Source: Candidatus Nomurabacteria bacterium
Lineage (GTDB): Bacteria; Patescibacteriota; Minisyncoccia; Phycocordibacterales; UBA918
Assembly (NCBI GenBank): GCA_020632075.1
Contig: JACKGH010000001.1
Location: 323,216 to 387,215 of the forward strand
Reading direction: 5' to 3'
DNA: 64,000 bases
Under the pieces are notes generated by a model that did no database searches, had not been told where the DNA came from, and saw nothing but the letters and a program-made list of their open reading frames with translations. Positions within the stretch are counted from its first letter, which is position 1, and each line of letters starts with the position of its first letter. Shown one piece after another: positions 56,309 to 64,000 of the stretch. Made by a program: the position numbers and the translations under genes.

Positions 56309-56851
56309 CTATTTTTTCAATTCAGTTTCCTTTTGAGCAGCGAGTGCTTCAAGGTCTTTATTAGTAGCATCGATCGCTTTTTGCACTGCTTCTTTCTTAG
56401 CAAATCGCTCATCGTCACTGATGTCACCATCTTTATGACTTTTATCGATCGCTTTCATAAAATCATCACGAATAGCACGCACGGTCACCCGAGCGTCTTC
56501 TAACTTACTCTTTGCAAGTTTCAAGAGCTGCTCACGGCGCTCTGCGGTAAGCTCTGGAAAGATGACCCGCAAGCCACTTGAATCAGTTACCACAGACACA
56601 CCAAGATCTGCGTCACGGATCGCAGTTTCGATCGCAGTCACTTGAGTTGCGTCCCAGGGAGACACCCGGAGGGTTCGCGCATCTTCAATACCAACACTTC
56701 CCACTTGGTTAAGCGGCATAAGCGAGCCGTAACTTTCCACTCGGACACCATCAAGGAGTGCTGGGCTCGACTGTCCGGTCCGAATACCTGCGTATTCTTT
56801 CTGCAACCAATCTTTTGCTTCTTCTAATCTTTTCTTACTATCTGAATCCAT
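56309..56851 (-). CDS. frr: Ribosome recycling factor
   Basis: Conserved RRF sequence throughout (AGIRTGQSSPALLDGVRV..., RDADLGV). Confidence 0.95.
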   Translation of the reverse strand: MDSDSKKRLEEAKDWLQKEYAGIRTGQSSPALLDGVRVESYGSLMPLNQVGSVGIEDARTLRVSPWDATQVTAIETAIRDADLGVSVVTDSSGLRVIFPELTAERREQLLKLAKSKLEDARVTVRAIRDDFMKAIDKSHKDGDISDDERFAKKEAVQKAIDATNKDLEALAAQKETELKK

Positions 56852-56897
56852 ACCTACTTACATTAAATTATTCTCAGTGTACCACTATACACAGTTC

Positions 56898-57500
56898 CTA
56901 TCGAACGGGAAGTGTGAGCGCCACCTGCTCAAGAAGCATTTTATTGGCCGCCCCTCTCGTGAGTAATAATCGCGCTGCGAACTCAAGCGTTTCAAGCGCA
57001 GACGACTCAACCCTTCCCTTTTCAATGTGCCTGATCAAACCCTGCTTCATGGCTCGTTGCCACACAGTGTCCTTTTGCTTCATGGCTTGCTCTATACTTG
57101 TAATACGGTCTTTGTATGACAACTGCATAAACGAGTCAAACACCTCAGTAGACCCCTCCTCCTTTTCACCCTGCACCTCACTTACTCGCGACGCAAGCGT
57201 ATCGAGCATCATAAAATCTCTAGGGACAATGAATGTGAATCGAGTAGATACTGGTGGCTCCTCAAGTATCTTCAAGAGAGCGTTCTGTGCCTCATGAGTG
57301 ATGAATTCTGTTCGTACAATAAGCAACTGCTCAGCCGCTTCGGCTGGTCGTTGTGAGGCAGTACGAACTAGTTGGCGAGCATCATCAATACCAAATCGCT
57401 CGATGTACACATCCTGCACCTCAACTTTCTCTGGCGGCGACAATTCATGATCAGCCACCGTTACTGTTCGCAGCAAAACTGCATGGTGAGTCATACTCAT
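56898..57500 (-). CDS. DNA polymerase III delta-prime (HolB)-like protein lacking the N-terminal P-loop region
   Basis: ITHEAQNALLKILEEPP is the clamp-loader box VII (AANALLKTLEEPP) signature. Only 200 aa. Confidence 0.55.
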   Translation of the reverse strand: MSMTHHAVLLRTVTVADHELSPPEKVEVQDVYIERFGIDDARQLVRTASQRPAEAAEQLLIVRTEFITHEAQNALLKILEEPPVSTRFTFIVPRDFMMLDTLASRVSEVQGEKEEGSTEVFDSFMQLSYKDRITSIEQAMKQKDTVWQRAMKQGLIRHIEKGRVESSALETLEFAARLLLTRGAANKMLLEQVALTLPVR

Positions 57501-57518
57501 ACCAGTACATTATGCTGG

Positions 57519-59372
57519 TTACTTCTTCTTTTGCAAATCAAGAATGTGACGGATCACACGGCGAAGATAGTGTTCAAAGGTTTCACCTTGATTGTAGATA
57601 ATTCCCTGCTCGTAGCGCCAACCATTCATGTAGTCAGTGATACTCTGCTTGATCTCTTGCGTAGCGCCCTCAAAACGACCGGCAAGCAAGAGCGGGATCT
57701 GTAACCCTGCGATCTTCTTAAAGAGTGGGTGCTCTCTTCCCTTCGGACCAGTTCCAAACAAACCGCTCTTCTTAAACAACTTCCACTCTGACAAAAGCTG
57801 ATCCAAACCAGTATCAACCTCCTTAGTGAACAGAGGATCGCCCGCGACAGAAGAAGTCTCGACTGCAGCTGCATCAGGCAGATCAGATGGGGTCTTGAGC
57901 TTTTCTTTAGTTTCTGCCAGCGAGGCAACTCGCTTCGGTGTCGTAGGTGGAGCTGATGGAACTGATGGAACTCCAGGTTCTGTTACTGCCGGGCGAACCG
58001 TATCTGTTGCCGGACCCCAAGCTGACTCGATCTCTGAATCAGACTTTCTCGCTGGTACTGGCGCTGGTTTACCGGCTGGTGGCGGTACTAGCTTCTCCTC
58101 TGCCATCGGCACATTACTCATTTCAAAACCCGAAACATCTGACATGGCCATCGGCGCATCAGACTTTACAGCAACCTTTTCCTCGCTCGGCGGTTTTGGC
58201 AGTGGCGCTTCAGCTAAGATGTCCTTAAGCACTGGCGGCGGCAGAGGTGGTTCTTCTGCAGGCGGTGGAACAGGTATCGATGGCTCAATATCAGCTGAAG
58301 AATCTTCGTCTACTATTTCGTCTGTTGCTTCAACTGGCGCAGGAACTGGGGCCTCCTCTGCTGGTGGAACTGGCGGCATTGGTGCAGGAGCAGGCATTGG
58401 AGATGGCGGGGTAACCGGAGCTGGAGCTTGTGGTGCTGGGGCGGACATAGAGGCAGGCTCTGCAGCAAGTTTTGCTGCTGCATTTTGACTATGCTCTGCG
58501 ATAGTCTTCTCCACAACAAGATATGCCGCCTCAAGACGCTGCATTGCAGAAATTGCTGATGAGCCGTCATTCAGCTTTTTCATCGCATCAAGCAACGCAG
58601 CCATGTACTCACGACCAACAGCATTATCAATATCTACGAGATTAACAGGATTGCCGACCTTATCATTCACCAATGCTTTGATCTCACGGATTCGCTGGAG
58701 ACTTTGATTTGCATCGTAGTTTACTGGCGCAGGGACAGCTGGAGCTGGAGCAGGTGCAGGTGGTACCACTGGCGCTGGTTGAGGAGCAGGCGTTGGAACT
58801 GCTACTGGAGCTGGTTGAGGCGTTGGAGCAACTGGCGCAGCAGGTGGAGTGACCGGAGCGGGTGGTGCCACTGGAGTCGGTGCTGGTTGAGGGGCAGGTG
58901 GAGTGACCGGGACAGCTGGAGGTGGAGTGACCGGAGCGGGTGGTGCCACTGGAGTCGGTGCTGGTTGAGGGGCAGGCGTTGGAACTGCTACTGGAGCTGG
59001 TTGAGGCGTTGGAGCAACTGGCGCAGCAGGTGGAGTGACCGGAGCGGGAACAGATTGTGGAACTGATGTTGCCGATACAGGAAAAGCTGGTGCTGGTCGT
59101 GATGCACCAAAATCGTACATTGCCTGTTCTTGTTGAACCACTGATAAAGCTACCGGTGCAACGCCGTATCCAGATAGTTTTTGCTCAAGAGAATTGCGAA
59201 CTGTTGTGTCTCGACCACCATTAACATACAAAAGAACCAGGTCCCGTAATTCATTTTTTTCTTCATGACCAAATTCTGACGCTCGAATTGAGGCCAGTAA
59301 ATGTGTCACTCCTGCTTGTGAATCAAGGTCAAACGCCACCGCGTCACCACGCAAAGAACTATCGTTCGCCAT
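57519..59372 (-). CDS. Pro/Ala-rich repetitive protein (617 aa) with structured N- and C-terminal domains
   Basis: Long (APVTPPAAPVAPTPQPAPVAVPTPAPQPAPTPVAPP)n tract encoded by tandem DNA repeats. Non-repetitive N-terminus of ~110 aa and C-terminus of ~120 aa. Confidence 0.6.
   Translation of the reverse strand: MANDSSLRGDAVAFDLDSQAGVTHLLASIRASEFGHEEKNELRDLVLLYVNGGRDTTVRNSLEQKLSGYGVAPVALSVVQQEQAMYDFGASRPAPAFPVSATSVPQSVPAPVTPPAAPVAPTPQPAPVAVPTPAPQPAPTPVAPPAPVTPPPAVPVTPPAPQPAPTPVAPPAPVTPPAAPVAPTPQPAPVAVPTPAPQPAPVVPPAPAPAPAVPAPVNYDANQSLQRIREIKALVNDKVGNPVNLVDIDNAVGREYMAALLDAMKKLNDGSSAISAMQRLEAAYLVVEKTIAEHSQNAAAKLAAEPASMSAPAPQAPAPVTPPSPMPAPAPMPPVPPAEEAPVPAPVEATDEIVDEDSSADIEPSIPVPPPAEEPPLPPPVLKDILAEAPLPKPPSEEKVAVKSDAPMAMSDVSGFEMSNVPMAEEKLVPPPAGKPAPVPARKSDSEIESAWGPATDTVRPAVTEPGVPSVPSAPPTTPKRVASLAETKEKLKTPSDLPDAAAVETSSVAGDPLFTKEVDTGLDQLLSEWKLFKKSGLFGTGPKGREHPLFKKIAGLQIPLLLAGRFEGATQEIKQSITDYMNGWRYEQGIIYNQGETFEHYLRRVIRHILDLQKKK
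58741..59060. repeat. Imperfect tandem direct DNA repeats (nested ~78-bp and ~185-bp periods) inside the Pro/Ala-rich gene
   Basis: For example, ggcgttggaactgctactggagctggttgaggcgttggagcaactggcgcagcaggtggagtgaccggagcgg occurs at 58790 and 58975. gtggtgccactggagtcggtgctggttgaggggcagg occurs at 58862 and 58940. Confidence 0.8.
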
Positions 59373-59435
59373 ATGTAAATTATAATACCATCCTTTTCAC
59401 AAAGTAACTCAAATTGTTAGTGTAAAAACTGTGAA

Positions 59436-61004
59436 TTAAGCCACCTCTTGCAGCTCCGGACCATACTGCATCTTTGATTCAACCATCGACTTTGCAAATA
59501 ATTCAGCAAAGGTCATATCCGACCCTACCTGCACCAGATCCTTCATTTCATCGATCATATCTACCCAGTCGAGGAATGTTTCGTATTTGATGTTTTCTCG
59601 AGCGAGCAGCTGCCGCACATCTGGCGAATCTGCAAGACCTTCTACTTCCGCTACAGTCATGTCCGCCAAATATTCAAACGTACTTGGTCGTTCTTCCTCC
59701 AGCCACTGCTCCAACCGATCGACTGCATTACCCTCGATCTGTGTAATGAATGTATCTAAAAGACGTTCAAAGGCAGCTGGTGAAGTGTACGTTTCACGAA
59801 TGTATTCTTGATAGCGCACGTCACTCAGATACTCATCACTCAGCGAACGTTTTTCATACAGCACATCCGCACCAATGATCTTTGGCTGTAACCCTGGAAT
59901 TGAACGATTGATCGGATCATGTCGCTCTATCGCAGCAAGTGGTGAACGATTGCGTTCTTTTTGTTGTGCGGTAACCACCGCAGGGGTGAATAATGGTCGT
60001 TCTATCTTTTCAGTTTTTTGATTCTCTGGTGACTTTCGCTTCATGAAAGAGAAGAGTTTTCTTCCCTCCCGCTGTTGACGTTTTCGGATCCGTGCTTCTG
60101 TTTCTTTTGCCACATGAAATTGAATAGACTGTGGCTCATGATCACCACCACGAATAGTCATCTCAACATGCTTGAAGGCAGGCGCGTCGGCAAATGAGCG
60201 CTGCTTAGACGAAGGAAAAGGCACTACATTCGTTTGCATTTCTGACTTTGCCTCTGACTGAGTAATCGTACTTTCAATCGGCTGTGGAGACACTGCTTCT
60301 GTAGGCTCAAGCGCAGACTCTGACTTTTCAGCAAACACACTCTCAGACTGTTCACTCTCGGCTACTGTCTCGACTGAAGGTTCTCCCTCTATGACAGGTG
60401 CAGCGTCCGTCTCCACCTCCTCTGATACAACCTCTGGTGTTTTAACAGGTTCTTGAGGCGCAACAACATGCACCTCGACCTCTGTAGCTTCGTCTTCTAT
60501 AGACCGTAGTGGAACCTCAGTCGCCAGCACTGCTTCCACCGCTTCCTCTGACACCTCAAATTGTTCAGGCTCTTCCGACAGCTCAGTATACGTACTCCGG
60601 ACATGATTCCGCAGTAGGATCATGTCGTCATACAAGCCCTGCAATTGGTCGATCTGTGTATCGTTCACCTCATCTTCAGACGGCACCACTTCAAAACGAA
60701 TAACTTCGACTAACTGTTGCAATTCCGCAAGCTTCTCATACAGGATGTTATAGATCTCATCCCCAGTAATGTCTTCGATCGATAAACTGCTGAACTGCTC
60801 ATTTCTGGCCAACTCTTCAAACTGCACAGCGTCCGCAAACACGTCCTCAGCGCTCTCGACAAACCGGTCCAGATCGGCAGCGTTGTTTAGGTCGAGTTCT
60901 TGTGTACCCGGATCAGACTCTTCATTACCAATAGCACCAGTTTCTTCTGGCGGCACTGTTGTGGCGATATCTTCAAATCTAGGTTGCATATGTATATTCT
61001 GCAT
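59436..61004 (-). CDS. Highly acidic hypothetical protein (522 aa), translationally coupled to the upstream ATPase
   Basis: Its ATG at 61004 lies one base after the TAG stop of the ATPase gene (TAG-A-ATG). The N-terminal half is about one-third Asp/Glu. The C-terminal ~200 aa are more balanced. Confidence 0.5.
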   Translation of the reverse strand: MQNIHMQPRFEDIATTVPPEETGAIGNEESDPGTQELDLNNAADLDRFVESAEDVFADAVQFEELARNEQFSSLSIEDITGDEIYNILYEKLAELQQLVEVIRFEVVPSEDEVNDTQIDQLQGLYDDMILLRNHVRSTYTELSEEPEQFEVSEEAVEAVLATEVPLRSIEDEATEVEVHVVAPQEPVKTPEVVSEEVETDAAPVIEGEPSVETVAESEQSESVFAEKSESALEPTEAVSPQPIESTITQSEAKSEMQTNVVPFPSSKQRSFADAPAFKHVEMTIRGGDHEPQSIQFHVAKETEARIRKRQQREGRKLFSFMKRKSPENQKTEKIERPLFTPAVVTAQQKERNRSPLAAIERHDPINRSIPGLQPKIIGADVLYEKRSLSDEYLSDVRYQEYIRETYTSPAAFERLLDTFITQIEGNAVDRLEQWLEEERPSTFEYLADMTVAEVEGLADSPDVRQLLARENIKYETFLDWVDMIDEMKDLVQVGSDMTFAELFAKSMVESKMQYGPELQEVA

Positions 61005-61005
61005 T

Positions 61006-63774
61006 CTACCCCATTGGCGGTGCTGGTGGCACTGGCGGAACAGGCTTCCGGTATCGAGCAGTGATCTCTGATTCAACTTCGTCTCGTGGTCGACCATAGC
61101 GACTATAACTCTCAGCAATAAGGCGGCCAACCTTACTCTTATCTCCTTCTGGCGGTGGCATCGTAGCAACACTGAATGGAATAGTTGGCGTACCATTCGC
61201 CAACACACGCATCACCGCGTTGTAGTTTGGCGTATTCATAATATCAGCAGCAGAAAATACCGGCTCAAATTGCGGCTCGAGCGCTTGAGCGTCGTCGTTA
61301 CCCACTCGGAATGCGGTCATTGAACCAACGTTACCAAACACCGCATCTCGAATGACCGGGTCAAGCTGTGCGATAAACTGATGCGCAACCGTTAAGCCGA
61401 GCTTGTACTTACGTGCCTCAGACAAGATAGACGCGATCGCTGGAGTTGAGATGTTCTGGAATTCGTCGATATGCAAGAAGAACGGCGGGAAACTCATGCT
61501 CGGATCATCCACGCGCGACAATGCCGCCATAAGGATCTTACCCACAATGATCATACCGATGAGGTTGGAGTTGATCTCACCAAGTCGCCCCTTCGAGAGA
61601 TTCACCAAGAGGATCTTACGACTATCGATCAACTGACGGAAATCAAATGAGCTCTGCTGCTGACCAATGATCGGACGGATGTAGTCGTTGGCAGTGAGCG
61701 GATCGATCTTTGAGACAATGTACGGCACGATGTTCTCTAGCGACGCTTCCCCGCCCGCTTTACCAGCGATCTCTCGCCAGAATTGCACCACTACTGGGTT
61801 GGCTGCTTTCGCGAGCTTCTGTCGCCTGAATTGTGCATCAGCCATCACACGACCGATATCCATGAGGGTATTACCACTAGCCGGGTCTTCCATCACTAGC
61901 ATGGTTGCATTACGGAAATACTGCTCAAACATCGGCCCCATACTCTCTGGATTGGCACCGTAAAGCTTCTGGAAAATGGAGAGTAGTTCGTTTACCACGA
62001 AGGTCTTTTGTTCAGGCTTAGCTGGATCGTATTCCAGCATATTGAGCCCGATCGAATGATCGAGGTGTGATGGATCGAAGTAGATAATATCTTGTTCACG
62101 CTCTGGAGGAACCGCCGCCAACACGTCCTGAATATCATTACCGTGTGGATCGATCATACAAACACCCGCTCCAGCCTGGATATCCTGGACGATCAGGTTC
62201 TGCAAAAAGACCGACTTACCAGTACCTGTCTGTCCGATCACATAGAAGTGGCGCATGCGATCCTTTTCAGTCACGTATATTTCTTTGCCAATTCCGCGAT
62301 GTTTATTGACGCCCAGCAGCGTACCCTCCGTCGGCATATCATTCGGTGCCGGCGCCGTCTTAGTGTGCGACTGCTTGAACTGTGGAGCCGAACGAATACC
62401 ATCACCTGGGAAGTGGACTAATAACGCCAATTCAGACAATGACAACGGAAGGACGGATTTTTGTGATAGCTGCCGGAACGAAAAGGCACGTTGTGCATGC
62501 CGCGCATGGATACCTGTCTGCTTTACAAATGTAAACTGATTGCCGTCAGGATTGTCAAATTGATTGAACGTTGATTCTAGTTCTGTGAGTATCTGCTCTG
62601 CGCGAGACAGCTCATCGGCTGAGACAACGATCCGAATATTCACTTCAAGGAAACTTGTGTTAAGTTTCTTGCGGAACATCTCAATCGCTTTTGTATCGAT
62701 CTCCTTTGGTTCTTCGAGTTCACCAGGCTTCTTTTTTCCTGAAAAGAAAAGGTCATTCACCGAAGCAAGCAGCTCGCCAGAGAACGTACTGCGCGAGATC
62801 GCCTCGCTGGTCTTTGTTCCCTTCTCGATCGCTCGGACGATCCCGTCGTATTGTTTACGATAGTCCGTTCCTGGGTATCGCACCACAAACTGGAGCGCAG
62901 CACCACCGCCTGATCGCTCAATGCGGGAAAACGCATTCATGATCACTTCCAGCGGATCGGTCGCAAATTCATCAACCATCTTAAGCGGGTAGATCGGATG
63001 CTTCTTTAAAACAACGTCCGCGACGAGCGTATGTCCACCATCAACATAAATGTTGTAATCGTGTGGTTGTTCGGTCAAAATTGCTGACGGGAAAAGAGAA
63101 AGTGTCTGCTTTTCAAACAACGACTTGAATTCATTTGGCACTGAAACATAAAAGATAATGTCATCACTATCGTTTGCCACAGCGATCTCAAGCACAAAAT
63201 GATTACCACTCTTTGCAGAACCGATCGTGCGAAGCCCCGACAACAACTGTTCCATCGTGCCAATGAGTTCAGAGAGCTGAAAATCACGACCATCGGCATT
63301 TTCTCTTGCCGGCAGCATCACTTCATACAAAGTCATGTGCAGCACATGCCATGGCGGCACACCCTCTTTCAAGTCGCCAACCTGCGCTCCTGTACTGATG
63401 TACTCGATGAGTTTACGATGAACCTCATCGATCACATAGGCATTGGTCACCTTATCAAGTACGGTGAGTACATTTCGAATCCCCTTTTCCGGCACCATTT
63501 GCATGATCTCATCGACCGGATCGCTGGCGGTAGTCACTGTCTCAACTGACTCAGCCAGGTCCTGCCCTTGAAGCTCAAACTCTGGCTCAAGTACCATTTT
63601 AGGAGTAAAGCTGACATATTCATTCAGCTGCTGCCGACCGAGCGTCTCGACATCGGCTTGATCAACTTCAGCTGAACGCTCAAGAAGCGCATGTTCTTTT
63701 GCGGCGATCTGTTGACGTAAAAAAGCGATCTCCTCCTCCGGAGTCGAAAATTTTTGTGGAATCCCTTCCTGCAT
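61006..63774 (-). CDS. P-loop NTPase of the FtsK/HerA/VirD4(T4CP)/VirB4 clade with a ~480-aa N-terminal domain of unknown function; no predicted TM segment
   Basis: Walker A GQTGTGKSV followed by IDPHGND (compare the DPKG motif of coupling proteins/FtsK). Walker B FFLHIDEFQN. Also ARKYKLGLTVAHQFIAQLD (compare RKYG..l..QS..QL of TraD/VirD4 and HerA). Confidence 0.7.
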   Translation of the reverse strand: MQEGIPQKFSTPEEEIAFLRQQIAAKEHALLERSAEVDQADVETLGRQQLNEYVSFTPKMVLEPEFELQGQDLAESVETVTTASDPVDEIMQMVPEKGIRNVLTVLDKVTNAYVIDEVHRKLIEYISTGAQVGDLKEGVPPWHVLHMTLYEVMLPARENADGRDFQLSELIGTMEQLLSGLRTIGSAKSGNHFVLEIAVANDSDDIIFYVSVPNEFKSLFEKQTLSLFPSAILTEQPHDYNIYVDGGHTLVADVVLKKHPIYPLKMVDEFATDPLEVIMNAFSRIERSGGGAALQFVVRYPGTDYRKQYDGIVRAIEKGTKTSEAISRSTFSGELLASVNDLFFSGKKKPGELEEPKEIDTKAIEMFRKKLNTSFLEVNIRIVVSADELSRAEQILTELESTFNQFDNPDGNQFTFVKQTGIHARHAQRAFSFRQLSQKSVLPLSLSELALLVHFPGDGIRSAPQFKQSHTKTAPAPNDMPTEGTLLGVNKHRGIGKEIYVTEKDRMRHFYVIGQTGTGKSVFLQNLIVQDIQAGAGVCMIDPHGNDIQDVLAAVPPEREQDIIYFDPSHLDHSIGLNMLEYDPAKPEQKTFVVNELLSIFQKLYGANPESMGPMFEQYFRNATMLVMEDPASGNTLMDIGRVMADAQFRRQKLAKAANPVVVQFWREIAGKAGGEASLENIVPYIVSKIDPLTANDYIRPIIGQQQSSFDFRQLIDSRKILLVNLSKGRLGEINSNLIGMIIVGKILMAALSRVDDPSMSFPPFFLHIDEFQNISTPAIASILSEARKYKLGLTVAHQFIAQLDPVIRDAVFGNVGSMTAFRVGNDDAQALEPQFEPVFSAADIMNTPNYNAVMRVLANGTPTIPFSVATMPPPEGDKSKVGRLIAESYSRYGRPRDEVESEITARYRKPVPPVPPAPPMG

Positions 63775-63870
63775 TACCTACTATAGTACCGCACTTTGGG
63801 TATGAAACAGAGAGACAATCCCCCGTCTTTTTGGCAGGCCGCTTCGCGGCCGGCCTATAAAAATATAAAA

Positions 63871-63893
63871 AACAGGCACATCACGTGCCTGTT
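63871..63893 (-). terminator. Terminator aacaggcac-atcac-gtgcctgtt with an adjacent A/T-rich run, plus a second hairpin at 63837-63851
   Basis: 9-bp stem downstream of the partial minus-strand gene that ends at 63923. Confidence 0.6.
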
Positions 63894-63922
63894 ACTGCAT
63901 TCTAATTTGGTGAGGAGAAATC

Positions 63923-64000
63923 TTAGAGATCATCCAACCAGGGGTCATTGACTGGAACAGCTCGCACGTGTGTATTCTGACTCTTGCGTGCCTTCTCATT
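63923..64000 (-). CDS. C-terminal fragment (25 aa, ...NEKARKSQNTHVRAVPVNDPWLDDL*) of a gene running off the window end
   Basis: Open frame from position 64000 to a TAA stop at 63925-63923, followed by two terminator hairpins. Confidence 0.3.
   Translation of the reverse strand, partial: NEKARKSQNTHVRAVPVNDPWLDDL

Noticed and set aside
57826-58488. 220-aa Gly/Ser/Ala-rich plus-strand ORF
   Set aside because: Reverse complement of the Pro/Ala-repeat coding region. GGN/GCN runs are an artefact of antisense reading.
58741-59060. CRISPR-like repeat array
   Set aside because: The repeats are contiguous and coding (Pro/Ala tract) with no unique spacers. No CRISPR array is present anywhere in the window.

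Overview
This 64-kb window is dense, mostly minus-strand-coded bacterial chromosome at roughly 45-50% GC. The gene content and architecture are consistent with, but do not prove, a reduced-genome Patescibacteria/CPR-like or similar organism.

Housekeeping content that I can recognise from conserved motifs includes:
- Glycolysis and sugar metabolism: pgi, pyruvate kinase, a ROK kinase, and sucrose phosphorylase.
- Translation: rpmA, rplI and rplU (each isolated rather than in the usual operons), cysS, lysS, proS (short form without an INS editing domain), frr, truB and greA.
- Replication and repair: dnaB, recR, rmuC, a PIF1/RecD-like helicase, a DnaQ-like exonuclease, and a truncated holB-like gene.
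- Envelope and division: the mraZ-rsmH-ftsL-ftsI-murF dcw block, the mreBCD-mrdA block, rseP, and a CtpA S41 protease.

Non-housekeeping items worth attention:
1. A three-gene minus-strand module at the 3' end (57519-63774). It encodes a 922-aa FtsK/HerA/VirD4-superfamily P-loop ATPase with a long N-terminal domain of unknown function, a translationally coupled 522-aa highly acidic protein, and a 617-aa Pro/Ala-rich protein built from tandem DNA repeats.
2. A ~4-kb block (31787-35799) bracketed by two near-identical 39-bp palindromic hairpin elements. It contains the only tRNA in the window (tRNA-Glu CUC) and several GC-rich hypothetical genes, including a TM-protein/lipoprotein pair, and looks like an island.
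3. Upstream of that block, tandem paralogous hypothetical genes with their own consensus promoters, and a conspicuously GC-rich outlier gene.
4. An FAD-linked oxidase carrying a histone-H1-like Lys-rich N-terminal tail.
5. A secreted MsrB next to a glutaredoxin-CcdA/DsbD-like fusion, suggesting an envelope methionine-sulfoxide repair module.
6. A perfect sigma70-type promoter driving a small ORF that is broken by a frameshift in a T6 homopolymer.
7. A standalone 4-TM voltage-sensor-like protein.

No CRISPR array, transposase, integrase or rRNA gene is evident. All coordinates and calls are from reading the sequence and the ORF track; no database searches were run.
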